DNA from: Spirochaetia bacterium
GTDB lineage: Bacteria > Spirochaetota > Spirochaetia > CADAEX01
Direction: 5' to 3'
Assembly: GCA_963662795.1 (NCBI GenBank)
Contig: OY759746.1
Location: 2,400,001-2,464,000, forward strand
Length of the DNA: 64,000 nucleotides
The notes under the pieces are model-generated. The model had not been told where the DNA came from. It saw only the letters and a program-made list of their open reading frames with translations, and made no database searches. Each line of letters starts with the position of its first letter. Position 1 is the stretch's first letter. This document shows, piece after piece, positions 49,911 through 60,145 of the stretch. Made by a program: the position numbers and the translations under genes.

Positions 49911-51484
49911 ATATGTTCTGGCTGATTACAATAATTGTAGTTTATCTTTCAGTTATTTCTTACCTTGGGTATCTGGGGTTTTCCCACACAAAAAACAGCC
50001 TTGACTATATGGTTGGCGGAAGAAATATTCATCCCTATATTATGGCAATGTCTTACGGCGCGACTTTTATATCAACTTCTGCAATTGTAGGATTCGGCGG
50101 AGCTGCTTCTTTTTTCGGGATGAGTATGCTGTGGCTGACTGTCTGCAATATAGGTGTCGGAATATTCATCGCTTTTGTTTTTTATGGCAAGAAAACAAGG
50201 CGGATGGGGCTTAATCTTGACGCCCACACCTTCCCTGAGTTACTGGGGAAACGTCTTGACAGTATTTTTATACAGAGATTCGCAGGTATAATAATTTTTA
50301 TCTTTATGCCCCTTTATGCCGCAGCCGTTCTTATCGGCGCTTCAAGACTGATTGAAGGGCTGCTTGGTATGCCTTACATTTATGCGCTTTCAATTTTTAC
50401 TATTCTTGTCGCAGCTTACGTAATTATGGGCGGACTTAAAGGAGTCATGTACACGGACGCGCTGCAGGGAAGTCTCATGTTTTTCGGGATGATATTTCTG
50501 CTGATTTTTGTTTACTTCAAACTCGGCGGTATTACAGAAGCCCATTCCTCTCTTACCGCGCTTGCATCAAAAATCCCTGAAGGATTTGCGAAAATAGGTC
50601 ATGCCGGATGGACTGCATCACCTGCCCTTAATACCCCTTTATGGTGGATAATATATTCATCTCTGGTTCTTGGCGTAGGTATCGGTGTACTGGCTCAGCC
50701 ACAGCTTGTTGTCAGGTATATGACTGTAAAGAGCAATAAAGAGCTTAACCGGGCTGTTGCAGTCGGAGGGCTGTTTATTCTTGCTACAACCGGTACTGCC
50801 TTTATAATCGGGTCACTTTCAAATGTCTATTTTATTGAAAATTTCGGAAAGCTTGCTGTCCAGATGGCTGAAGGCAATCAGGACAAGGTAATTCCCATAT
50901 TTGTAAAAGAAGCCATGCCGGTCTGGTTCGGTTACATGTTTATGCTTGTTATTCTTTCGGCAGGCATGTCAACATTAAGCTCACAGTTTCATACAATCGG
51001 AACAGCGGTTGGAAGAGACATTATCCCCAGGTTTAGGGATAATAAAAACAGGGAAATAGTTATTACAAAAATAGGTATTGCCATAAGCATTCTCGCGACA
51101 GTTTTTCTCGGTATTAAAATGGGCCCGGGGATAATAGCGCAGGCTACTGCAATCTTTTTCGGTCTTATGGCTTCAAGCTTTCTTGCCCCGTATACAGCTG
51201 CGCTTTACTGGAAACGGCTGACAAGAAAAGGGGCGATAGCAGGTATTGTCTCAGGTGTTTCCACTACTGTATTCTGTTTTCTTTTCCTGCATGGAAAAGA
51301 GGCTGCAGTCTTCGGCATTTCAAAACTTCTAACAGGCCGGAATACAATTCTGGGGGGTATGTGGCCTTTTGTGGACCCTCTGGTAATAGCACTTCCGGTT
51401 TCAATAATCTTTACGATAGGTGTCAGCCTGATTACAAAGGTTGAGAATCAGGAGACTGTTGAAAAATCTTTCAAAGGCTGCTGA
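49907..51484 (+). CDS. Sodium:solute symporter family protein
   Basis: DYMVGGR, GGLKGVMYTD, QPQLVVRY, SAGMSTLSS; multi-TM. Confidence 0.95.
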   Translation: MNMFWLITIIVVYLSVISYLGYLGFSHTKNSLDYMVGGRNIHPYIMAMSYGATFISTSAIVGFGGAASFFGMSMLWLTVCNIGVGIFIAFVFYGKKTRRMGLNLDAHTFPELLGKRLDSIFIQRFAGIIIFIFMPLYAAAVLIGASRLIEGLLGMPYIYALSIFTILVAAYVIMGGLKGVMYTDALQGSLMFFGMIFLLIFVYFKLGGITEAHSSLTALASKIPEGFAKIGHAGWTASPALNTPLWWIIYSSLVLGVGIGVLAQPQLVVRYMTVKSNKELNRAVAVGGLFILATTGTAFIIGSLSNVYFIENFGKLAVQMAEGNQDKVIPIFVKEAMPVWFGYMFMLVILSAGMSTLSSQFHTIGTAVGRDIIPRFRDNKNREIVITKIGIAISILATVFLGIKMGPGIIAQATAIFFGLMASSFLAPYTAALYWKRLTRKGAIAGIVSGVSTTVFCFLFLHGKEAAVFGISKLLTGRNTILGGMWPFVDPLVIALPVSIIFTIGVSLITKVENQETVEKSFKGC

Positions 51485-51507
51485 ACAGCGTCATAAATGA
51501 AAAAACG

Positions 51508-51547
51508 GCAGGGCAGAAACATATCCAGGTACCTGGATCTGCCCTGC
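51508..51547. terminator. Stable hairpin after the symporter
   Basis: GCAGGGCAGA...TCTGCCCTGC 10-bp stem; T tract clearer on the minus strand. Confidence 0.55.
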
Positions 51548-51680
51548 TTGATAAACATGACGTATTTATTAAGTTTTTATTCTGTTAAAATAGAAAAATC
51601 AAATCTTTTCAAAAATCCAAAACAAAACTATTATAATAGCATGAATTTTCATTCAAAATAAAAAAGTAAGAGGCTGTGAC

Positions 51681-52298
51681 GTGAAAAAAACCTTTGAGAA
51701 TCTGCCGGAAGCAAAAAAAGAGAGGATTATATCTGCCTGTATAGAGGAATTCTGTGAAAACGGGTATGAAAAAAGCACTACCGACAATATTGTTAAAAAA
51801 GCCGGAATATCGAAGGGGGGACTTTATGAGTATACTGAATCAAAAAAAGAACTATATATTTTTATTGTCATGTACACCTATGAAAAACTTTATAACTATC
51901 TGAGGAACAAGGTTGATGGTATGCAGAAGGAACTGCCTGCCGATATCCTTGACCGGTTTAAAATAATTTCAGACTTTGCCATAAATTTTTACATCGATCA
52001 TCCTGAATATGTGAAAATGATTGTAAAAACATATAAAATACATGATGTAGAAATAGAAAAGGAAGTCAGAAATATTTTTAATTCGCAGTTTATGACTATT
52101 TTCGGCAATATTGACGGGTCAAATCTAAGATATGATAAAGACCGGATATTTGACCTTCTTATGTGGCTATTGCTTAAGACCAGATATGACTTTCTTGTAG
52201 AGCTTGATTATGTCAATGATTTAAATGCCCTTAAACAGGACTACATCGCAAACTGGGAGTTTTTCCTCAATGTCCTTAGAAACGGTATTTACAATTAG
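51681..52298 (+). CDS. TetR/AcrR family regulator
   Basis: FENLPEAKKERII...GYEKSTTDNIVKKAGISKGGLYEY HTH. Confidence 0.93.
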   Translation: MKKTFENLPEAKKERIISACIEEFCENGYEKSTTDNIVKKAGISKGGLYEYTESKKELYIFIVMYTYEKLYNYLRNKVDGMQKELPADILDRFKIISDFAINFYIDHPEYVKMIVKTYKIHDVEIEKEVRNIFNSQFMTIFGNIDGSNLRYDKDRIFDLLMWLLLKTRYDFLVELDYVNDLNALKQDYIANWEFFLNVLRNGIYN

Positions 52299-52451
52299 TG
52301 ATGTAGAAGAATTAAATATGACTATATTAACCGCTTGTTTTGACATTGAATTTGTCTGAAAGAAAAAAGTTATCGTTATCAATAAAATAATTGAATTGGA
52401 CAGGGGTTTTTCCACGGATATATTATCTTTGTATATAAAAGGAGAAATCTG

Positions 52452-53399
52452 ATGAAAAAGTTGTTTTTACTGCTGTTCTGCCTTACTTTCTTATTTGTGT
52501 TTTCATGTGCCACAAATCCGCCTGTAGCATCTGATTCTGCTGCGAAAATTGATAAGGAAATTGCAGAAGGGAAGATACCGACTATTGAATACAAAATTCT
52601 TTTAAATGAAAACCTCTTTAAGTTTAATTTTAACGAAGCAGGAGACCCTATTCTTACAGCTGATATAGCTAAGGTACTTAAAGAAGCTGGCGTTGTATTC
52701 CCTGCAGACAAGGGACCGGCTAAAAAAGGAGCTAACCTATATGCTGTTACAGAAAATGGGGAATTACAGAAACAGGAACTTATATACAGGATAAAAGAAG
52801 ATAGTCTGAATCCTGCAAAAAGTAAAATTACTCTGAAATCAAGAGGTGATAACTTTGAAAATCTTGATTTCAAAACAGTTGAAAAAGTAGCATATGAGTT
52901 TGATGCAGCAGCAAGCGGAAAACCGACTACAGACAGAAACAAACTTGTGCATAAATACAATACATCTCTTGATTTTAAATATGATTCGAGCAAAGATTTT
53001 GCAGTAAAAGATGGTAAACTTGATTTTCAGGATTCATGGAAGTGGCTGGATAAAAAATATTACTGGGTGCATCATATGCTCAGACAGAATTATCCCTCAA
53101 TAGTTAATGCAACATTCCCTGGTGTAGCCTACACATATTCATTTATCGGAGAACCGGCAGATACTGACCCGAAATATAAAGATCTTGAGTTTGCTTTTGA
53201 TTACTGGATTATGAAAAAAGATGGCAAAGAAAAAATAGTTACTGAGCTTTCCTGGGAAAATACGGTAGACCTTACACCTGAAAGAAAGGTTATACTGGAT
53301 AACTACTATTTTAATATGTATAAAAAATTGTATGATAAGGGTTATGTTAAAAAAGATCAGTTATTAAAAACTGACGAATATTTGAAGTTTTTTAAATAA
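52452..53399 (+). CDS. Lipoprotein with CYTH-like motifs
   Basis: Lipobox VFS-C; IEYK, YRIKE, ITLKSR, YEFD, TELS; SD AAGGAG. Confidence 0.7.
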   Translation: MKKLFLLLFCLTFLFVFSCATNPPVASDSAAKIDKEIAEGKIPTIEYKILLNENLFKFNFNEAGDPILTADIAKVLKEAGVVFPADKGPAKKGANLYAVTENGELQKQELIYRIKEDSLNPAKSKITLKSRGDNFENLDFKTVEKVAYEFDAAASGKPTTDRNKLVHKYNTSLDFKYDSSKDFAVKDGKLDFQDSWKWLDKKYYWVHHMLRQNYPSIVNATFPGVAYTYSFIGEPADTDPKYKDLEFAFDYWIMKKDGKEKIVTELSWENTVDLTPERKVILDNYYFNMYKKLYDKGYVKKDQLLKTDEYLKFFK

Positions 53400-53423
53400 A
53401 GCATTCACCTGTTATTTTATCCT

Positions 53424-53450
53424 GCAGCCGGGTAACCGATTCCCGGCTGC
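53424..53450 (+). terminator. Hairpin after lipoprotein gene
   Basis: GCAGCCGGG-N9-CCCGGCTGC 9-bp stem, weak U-tract. Confidence 0.55.
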
Positions 53451-53704
53451 CCATCTTTCTCCAGCGGTCATTGTTCCTGCTTAAAAGTGAATCAGTGAAA
53501 ATTTTACTGAGTAAAAAACTTCCCGTATTTACCGGGAAATCTGGCTAAAACCAATAATTACAAATATTTATTCTCATGGATGAGAAACGGACTCATGACC
53601 CGTTTTTCAGGTGGCGTCCATTACTGCAAACCATATTTAATAAGGCTGTTCATATCTTGTTTTTATTTGAAAAAATAATATAATTATAATAATTGGAGAT
53701 ATCA

Positions 53705-54157
53705 ATGAAAAAAATAGCCTTTTTAGTGCTGATTATTGGCATAATGACAATTTCTTCAGCATTATATGCGCAGACGGCTGAACAGGAAATAGTTATACAA
53801 TCTGTAACTGGAATTGTAAGTTGTGAAGTTTCCACAGGTAAATGGGAAACAGTCACTGCAGACAAAAAACTTACACAGGCTACACAAATAAATACCGGAC
53901 TCAACTCCTCTCTTACCCTTAAAATGGGCGAACGGGTAATAACTATACCGGCAATGCAGAAAGGAACAATAGAAAAGCTGATCGCTTCTTCTTCTGAAAG
54001 CAGGACCGGTATAAAATTAGGCGCAGGAATAACGGAAACGCCTGTAATTACTTCTACACAGGAGAGGACAAATATTTCAACCGCTTCAACACGGGCAGAA
54101 AAAATTAATGATGAAGTTAAATGGATAGAAGAAGAAAAAGAAGAAGAAAAAAAATAA
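53705..54157 (+). CDS. Exported protein, FecR-like N-terminal region
   Basis: Signal peptide ALYA-Q; IQSVTG.V...W...INTGLNSSLTL pattern; SD GGAG. Confidence 0.65.
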   Translation: MKKIAFLVLIIGIMTISSALYAQTAEQEIVIQSVTGIVSCEVSTGKWETVTADKKLTQATQINTGLNSSLTLKMGERVITIPAMQKGTIEKLIASSSESRTGIKLGAGITETPVITSTQERTNISTASTRAEKINDEVKWIEEEKEEEKK

Positions 54158-54376
54158 AAGCATTTATATATATGCTGAGTAATTTCAGCGATATATAAGC
54201 CATGAATTTGTTATATTTTTCTCATAAATGACAAAAAAACCTCATTAAATCCAGGCATAATTAAAAAGAGTCTAAAATACACAAGTAATTTATTAACAAC
54301 AGGGTCAGGCGGATATTTGTTGATTTTACTGAACCATGATTTATAATAAATATTATTTTTTAATATTGGAGCAATT

Positions 54377-54789
54377 ATGAAAAAACAGCTGGTACTGATT
54401 TTAATTACAGCATTTATATTTGTGCTTTCTGCTGTGAGACAGACATGGGAACGCCCCCTGCTCTTGTCTTGAAATTCTCTGTTGATGGTTTTGTTTCGGA
54501 CGGTTCAGGCGTTCTGGTAGATTATACAATTATCAATGACGGGGAAGGGGACCTTGAAAACTGCAAGATACAACTTGCCATAGAGACTACAACTTCCAAT
54601 TATACGTACTGGACAGGCGGTGTTAATCTTTCCAAGGGTAAAAGCCATTCTGTCGATGAAGAACATATAAATGTAGGCGGTACTACTAATGCCGTATATG
54701 TCATTGCCGCCGGGTTTGATGATTATTCAAAATCATCAACCAGTCCTGGAAGAACAATAATTTACTATGACAAACAGATTAAACAATGA
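54377..54789 (+). pseudogene. Small lipoprotein frameshifted at the lipobox
   Basis: SD GGAG + MKKQLVLILITAFIFVLS; adding 1 nt near 54431 gives LS-x-CETDMGTPP and joins ORF 54445-54789. Confidence 0.7.
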
Positions 54790-54841
54790 TTTTTATGAAC
54801 AGTCTGACGTGATACAGCCAGTCCAGTAAAAGGGGAAAAAT

Positions 54842-55692
54842 ATGAAAATATGGTTTGATATGAGGACTGTTGCGCTGTTTTCAGGACTGATTATGTTTGT
54901 ACTCTTCTTTTGCATGCTTTTTATATTTATCCGGAGGAGAACCTATAATGGCTTTTTATTCTGGGTTATTGCCACATTCCTGAATGCTCCCGGCCTAATG
55001 CTGCTGAGTCTGAGGGGTTATCTCCCTGATTTTATCACGATCGTAACGGCAAACATGTTAATTACTCCTTCGGCCGGATTAAATGCTTACAGCCTTGAGG
55101 TCTTCTACGGCGGTAAAGGTAAAAAGCAGTATTATGTTTCTGCATCTTTTCTGATTTTATTTCTTTTATCTATTTTACTTATCGGGATCCAAATGTAAAT
55201 GCCAGGATAGTTATAATTTCTGCGGTATGGTCCTTTCTTTTCTCTTACTGTCTGTATGTAATTCATCGCAGAACATTATGGCAGCACAAAGAGAAAAATC
55301 TGCTTTTAACCGGGTCTTTGATTTTTCTGGTTATTTGCAATCTATACCGAATTTTTCCTACTGTTTATATTGAGGGACGAATCACGGATTTCATGGCTGC
55401 TTCAGCTATTCAGGGCATTTTACTGGAAATTAATTTATTGGCGCATGTACTAATTGTTATTGGACTCATCGTTCTTAACTTTGAGAGAGCGGAGGGCGAT
55501 CTTCATACTGCCGTATCTGAGATAAAAACACTTAGAGGCATTATTCCCATCTGTTCTAACTGCAAGAAAATCAGAAATGATGAAGGGGTCTGGAATCAGA
55601 TCGAATCCTACATCGAAGAACATTCTGAGGTTGAATTTTTTTCTCATGGTATCTGCCCGGAATGCACAAAAAAGCTTTACCCTGAATTATAG
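54842..55692 (+). pseudogene. Multi-TM sensor-like protein with C-terminal four-Cys domain, split by a frameshift
   Basis: ORFs 54842-55198 and 55318-55692 join if one T is added in CTTTTATC near 55165 (IYFTYRDPNVNARIVII continues in frame 2); ends IPICSNCKKIR...HGICPEC. Confidence 0.75.
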
Positions 55693-56161
55693 AAGCCCCT
55701 GTCCGCTCTGCATTAAAAATCCTCATTCTCATGCATTTGTCACAGTTTTATCACAAATGGCAAAAAACCGCATAAAAAAAGCTTCCGCAATTAAGCTGGA
55801 AACTCCATAAAACATTGATGCACAACAAGTCGCCATTATCCCGAACGCAACGCTTCGCAAACACATGACCTGTTGCTCAGGAGGCGTTCGTATATAGCAA
55901 ATCATTGTTAAAATATTAAATATCGTATGAATTATAGACTATTTACCGTGTTTTTACTTAATAATACAGTCACTTTTTTTTGTTCTGCTATCTATTCTTT
56001 TTACATTTTATCAGAAGTAATTATTTAAAATAATAAGTTGATTAAGTAAAAGAAAAGCATTTTCTCATACTGTTGGTTTTCACTCTGAACTGACAGTATC
56101 AAGGGATGCCCATAAATGTTTTCCCGATTATATTGCCATGTAATAATTAGGTTCTGAATAA

Positions 56162-56190
56162 TTGACAGAAATAAAAAAAAATAATATTGT
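56162..56190 (+). promoter_or_regulatory. Sigma70 promoter of the rib operon
   Basis: TTGACA-N17-TATTGT upstream of the riboswitch. Confidence 0.6.
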
Positions 56191-56222
56191 TTATATACCA
56201 AATCGTAAGATAAGGATAAAGA

Positions 56223-56360
56223 GATTTTCGGGGCAAGGTGAGGAACTTCCGCAAGGGGGCTCCAATTCCTTACCGGCGGTAACAGCCCGCGACTTCCCCT
56301 TGGGGAATTGAGTCTGGTGAAATTCCAGCGCCGACGGTATAGTCCGGATGGAAGAAGATC
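56223..56360 (+). ncRNA. FMN riboswitch (RFN element)
   Basis: TTCGGGGCAAGGTG...AATTCCTTACCGGCGGT...AGCCCGCGA...GGTGAAATTCC...CCGACGGTATAGTCCGGATGGAAGAAG; P1 GATTTTC/GAAGATC; upstream of ribD. Confidence 0.95.
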
Positions 56361-56403
56361 ATATGTACCCTGCAATTCAGGGGCATATTTTTAATGGAAT
56401 TTC

Positions 56404-56443
56404 AGGCCCCGTGAAAGCTAATTGCTTTCCCGGGGCTTTTTTT
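56404..56443 (+). terminator. Riboswitch expression-platform terminator
   Basis: GCCCCG-T-GAAAGC-TAATT-GCTTTC-C-CGGGGC followed by T7. Confidence 0.85.
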
Positions 56444-56505
56444 ATCTTCTAATCAAACCCTAAACCTCTCCTATCCTGAAGGAGAGCATTATTGACTACA
56501 ATGAA

Positions 56506-57597
56506 TTGATGGACAGAGCCCTGACTCTTGCAAGAATGGGCTGGCCTGCGCCGAATCCCTATGTCGGTGCTGTGATCATCCGGGAAGGCCGGATAATAGG
56601 AACTGGATACCACATCCGAAGGGGAGGAATGCACGCAGAAGCTGCAGCTTTGGCTGCTTGTAATGAGGACCCTGCCGGCGCGGTTTTAGTTGTCACAATG
56701 GAGCCTTGTTGTCACTCCGGAGAGGGCAAGCTTACTCCACCTTGTACCGAGACAATTATCGCAGCCGGCATCTCTACAGTGGTTGTGGGATCTCTGGATC
56801 CTAACCCAATTGTGGCAGGGAAGGGAATCGTTCGTCTCAGAGCTGCCGGAGTAAAAGTTATTACAGGAATTCGCGAACAGGAATGTCAACTCCTCAATAA
56901 AACTTATTTTTATCATCGCCGTACCGGTTTGCCATGGGTTCATTTGAAGATAGCCCAGACCAATGATGGTTTTGCCTCATTCCCTGAGGGTGGTGGAATT
57001 ATTACCGGAGAAGATGTCCGCAGGGAAGTACACCAACTGAGAGCGAAGCATCAGGCGATATTGGTTGGATCGGGTACCGTAAAAACTGATAATCCAAAAC
57101 TTAATGTCCGTTATGCAGAAGGGCCTGATCCGCTTAAGATCATTCTCAATACCAGCCTCGATCTGAATGTAAATATTCCTCTTTTTTATCCGCCTGGAAC
57201 GGCCTGGATTATAGGGGGGGAAGGAGCTTTGGAGAAGAACAGGAGAGAATGGGAATTAAAAAATGTTCCAGTCATTCTTGTTCCTGGAAATCCTCAGGGC
57301 TATATCCGACTTGGATCACTCATGGAGGAGCTGGGACGTCGGGGGATCATCAGTCTCATGGTCGAGGGGGGACCGAAAATTTCTGCGGCCCTTCTGGCAG
57401 ATAATCTTGTCCAGGAATTGAGTATTTACAGGTCTCCCCGAAATATTGGGAAAGGCATACCTTCATTTTCACCCGACCATCCTTTTTTACCTGCCCAAGT
57501 GGGACTTTTACAAGTGGAAAACAGGCGAATAGGATCTGATAGGCTGTTCCGATATGAAAAAACAGACAAGGCAGGTGAGTCGTGTTTACAGGGTTAA
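56506..57597 (+). CDS. ribD: Bifunctional pyrimidine deaminase/reductase RibD (start uncertain)
   Basis: PNPYVGAV, HAE, EPCCH...PPC, VEGG. Confidence 0.95.
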   Translation: MMDRALTLARMGWPAPNPYVGAVIIREGRIIGTGYHIRRGGMHAEAAALAACNEDPAGAVLVVTMEPCCHSGEGKLTPPCTETIIAAGISTVVVGSLDPNPIVAGKGIVRLRAAGVKVITGIREQECQLLNKTYFYHRRTGLPWVHLKIAQTNDGFASFPEGGGIITGEDVRREVHQLRAKHQAILVGSGTVKTDNPKLNVRYAEGPDPLKIILNTSLDLNVNIPLFYPPGTAWIIGGEGALEKNRREWELKNVPVILVPGNPQGYIRLGSLMEELGRRGIISLMVEGGPKISAALLADNLVQELSIYRSPRNIGKGIPSFSPDHPFLPAQVGLLQVENRRIGSDRLFRYEKTDKAGESCLQG

Positions 57598-58208
57598 TCC
57601 GCGAAATAGGGTGGATAGAAGCAATCCGGACAGGAAGGGGCATTAGACATATTACCTATTCAGCTCCGGCAATTGCAGGTTCACTGAAAACAGGCAGTTC
57701 GGTGGCGGTAGACGGCGTATGCCAGACTGTTACTGCACTGACACACAAGGGGTTTTCAGCCCAGGCTCTGGAAGCGAGTTTACTGAAGACTACTCTGGGA
57801 GATGTAAAAAAAGGATCTCCAGTCAATCTGGAACCGGCTCTAGTCGTTGGAGAGTCTCTGGACGGCCATATTGTCCAGGGGCATGTTTCAGGGACAGCCG
57901 TGATACTGGGGATGAAGAAACAGGGAATGAATAGATATTTACGGCTGAAACTTGCACCGGAACTTATTAAAAACTGTGTTTCCGAAGGTTCTCTTACCGT
58001 GAACGGCATCAGTCTTACAATAGCTGAATTAAGGTCCTGTGAAATAGTGATTAATATCATTCCGCTTACATGGGATACAACAACCCTGCAATTTAAACAT
58101 GCGGGGGATATGGTAAATATCGAAACTGACTTCTTCCTCCGCAGAGAGGAAGTGACTGCACGTAACAGTGCTCTAACCAAAGAGAGGATAATTAAATGGG
58201 GATACTAA
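57582..58208 (+). CDS. ribE: Riboflavin synthase (alpha chain)
   Basis: MFTGLI, VDGVCQT, VNLE, GHIVQGHV. Confidence 0.96.
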   Translation: MFTGLIREIGWIEAIRTGRGIRHITYSAPAIAGSLKTGSSVAVDGVCQTVTALTHKGFSAQALEASLLKTTLGDVKKGSPVNLEPALVVGESLDGHIVQGHVSGTAVILGMKKQGMNRYLRLKLAPELIKNCVSEGSLTVNGISLTIAELRSCEIVINIIPLTWDTTTLQFKHAGDMVNIETDFFLRREEVTARNSALTKERIIKWGY

Positions 58209-59401
58209 CAAGAAAAGACATTGTGCAGAAAGTAGAAACTGCTATTAAAAAACTTCAAAATGGAGAGATTATCATTTTAACTGATGATAAAGATCGTGAG
58301 AATGAAGGTGATTTAGTATGTCTGGCAGAAAAAACTACAACTGCAATGGTTGATTTCATGACACGAAAGGGTCGGGGACTGATATGTACTCCTCTGGGCC
58401 CGGAACTTGTAAAACAATTGGGGCTGCAATCTTCAATTTTGGGAAATGACAGCCCATTCTTCACTCCTTTCACAGAATCGGTAGATGCGAAAGGAACCAC
58501 AACGGGAATTTCAGCAGGAGAAAGGGCTTTGACAATCAGGCTGTTGGCGGATCCGAAATCCACCCGCGGTGATTTTACACGACCCGGGCATATTTTCCCG
58601 CTGGCAGCCAATTCCAGGGGAGTGCTTGGCCGGGCCGGACATACCGAAGGAGCTGTAGATTTGGCAAGATTGGCTGGTACGGTACCGGCAGCTGTAATCT
58701 GTGAAATTCTTGGCGAAAATGGAGGTATGGCCCGGGGTGTTGAGCTGGATAATTATGCAAAAAGAGAAGAGCTTTTCTGTCTTTCTATGGAAGAACTTAC
58801 AACGTATCTATACCGGCCGCTTGAAACAGTTTGGTTACCTTTAAAACAAGGGAATTTTAATCTTTCGATATTTCCAAAACTCTCTGTCGAAACAGATTAT
58901 CCGGTTGTTCTTTCCTCTCATATAAATGAAACAGAACCGGTAATGGTCCGGATTCATTCCCAGTGTCTTACGGGAGATCTTTTTGGTTCTCAACGTTGTG
59001 ACTGCGGAGCTCAACTGGAACAATCTTTAAACCTCATATCCGGAGAGGGAGGTATACTGATTTATCTTTCCCAGGAGGGGCGGGGTATTGGACTTCTTGA
59101 TAAGATCCGGGCTTACAAGCTGCAGGAGAACGGGATGGATACATTGGAAGCTAACCTTGCACTGGGACACTCAGGAGACTCCCGGAATTACGATACAGCA
59201 GTCAGAATTCTGAAAGCTCTGGATTTAAAAAACCTGGTACTTCTTACCAATAATCCTGAAAAATTTGCAGCTCTGGAAAAAGAAGGATTTGCGGTAGAAA
59301 GAAGAGCTCTTGAAATACCTCCAGATAAATATAATTACCAGTATTTATTAACTAAAAAACAACGCATGGGACATTTTTTGTCTCTCAGGGAGAATGTATG
59401 A
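58196..59401 (+). CDS. ribBA: DHBP synthase / GTP cyclohydrolase II
   Basis: [19 protein letters not shown]; [27 protein letters not shown]. Confidence 0.96.
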   Translation: MGILTRKDIVQKVETAIKKLQNGEIIILTDDKDRENEGDLVCLAEKTTTAMVDFMTRKGRGLICTPLGPELVKQLGLQSSILGNDSPFFTPFTESVDAKGTTTGISAGERALTIRLLADPKSTRGDFTRPGHIFPLAANSRGVLGRAGHTEGAVDLARLAGTVPAAVICEILGENGGMARGVELDNYAKREELFCLSMEELTTYLYRPLETVWLPLKQGNFNLSIFPKLSVETDYPVVLSSHINETEPVMVRIHSQCLTGDLFGSQRCDCGAQLEQSLNLISGEGGILIYLSQEGRGIGLLDKIRAYKLQENGMDTLEANLALGHSGDSRNYDTAVRILKALDLKNLVLLTNNPEKFAALEKEGFAVERRALEIPPDKYNYQYLLTKKQRMGHFLSLRENV

Positions 59402-59883
59402 ATAATTTAGGTCTTAAGGAATATGAAGGAAACTTTAATGCCAGTGAAGGACTTTGGGCATTGGTTGTCAGCCGGTTTAACAGTTTGATTACAGAAAAAC
59501 TTCTGGAGGGTGCTGTGGATGCACTGTGCCGTCATGGGGCATCTCTCAAATCTATTGAAATTATCCGTGTTCCTGGTGCCTTTGAGATTCCATGGGCTGC
59601 GCGGGAAGCTGCGGTTATGGGAAAATACAGGGGAATTATCTGTCTGGGTGCGATAATAAGGGGAGATACACCTCATTTTGATATGGTGGCTAATGAAACC
59701 TCTAAAGGTATCGCATCAATTGCCGTTGAGACAGGGGTCCCTGTCGGATTCGGTGTGTTAACAACCGAAAACCTTGAACAGGCATTGGAAAGGGCAGGTA
59801 CGAAAGCAGGAAACAAGGGATTTGATGCTGCTATGACTGTCATTGAAACAGCCCAGTTGAAAACAGTTTTAAGAGAAGAATAA
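59398..59883 (+). CDS. ribH: Lumazine synthase
   Basis: [26 protein letters not shown]. Confidence 0.97.
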   Translation: MNNLGLKEYEGNFNASEGLWALVVSRFNSLITEKLLEGAVDALCRHGASLKSIEIIRVPGAFEIPWAAREAAVMGKYRGIICLGAIIRGDTPHFDMVANETSKGIASIAVETGVPVGFGVLTTENLEQALERAGTKAGNKGFDAAMTVIETAQLKTVLREE

Positions 59884-60145
59884 TTTTTCTTTAGGGCTAT
59901 TTTAAATGTCAAGCTTCTTTCGAATTGTCAATTTTTCGGAAGAAGCATTATTACCAGAAAAGAAAATCATATACCTTTCTTTCTAAATACAAATGGATCA
60001 ATTTATATTCATTCCAGACACTTTTAAATTGAATTTCAGGTATTTTCTCTTCATTTGTAATTTCTTACATGAGAAAAACAACTAAAAGGAAAATTAATTA
60101 ATGAAATATAATAAGCAATAATTTTTCTTATTAATGTTTTCGTTT

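Noticed and set aside
56025-56375. 116-aa minus-strand ORF
   Set aside because: Antisense shadow of the FMN riboswitch and its promoter
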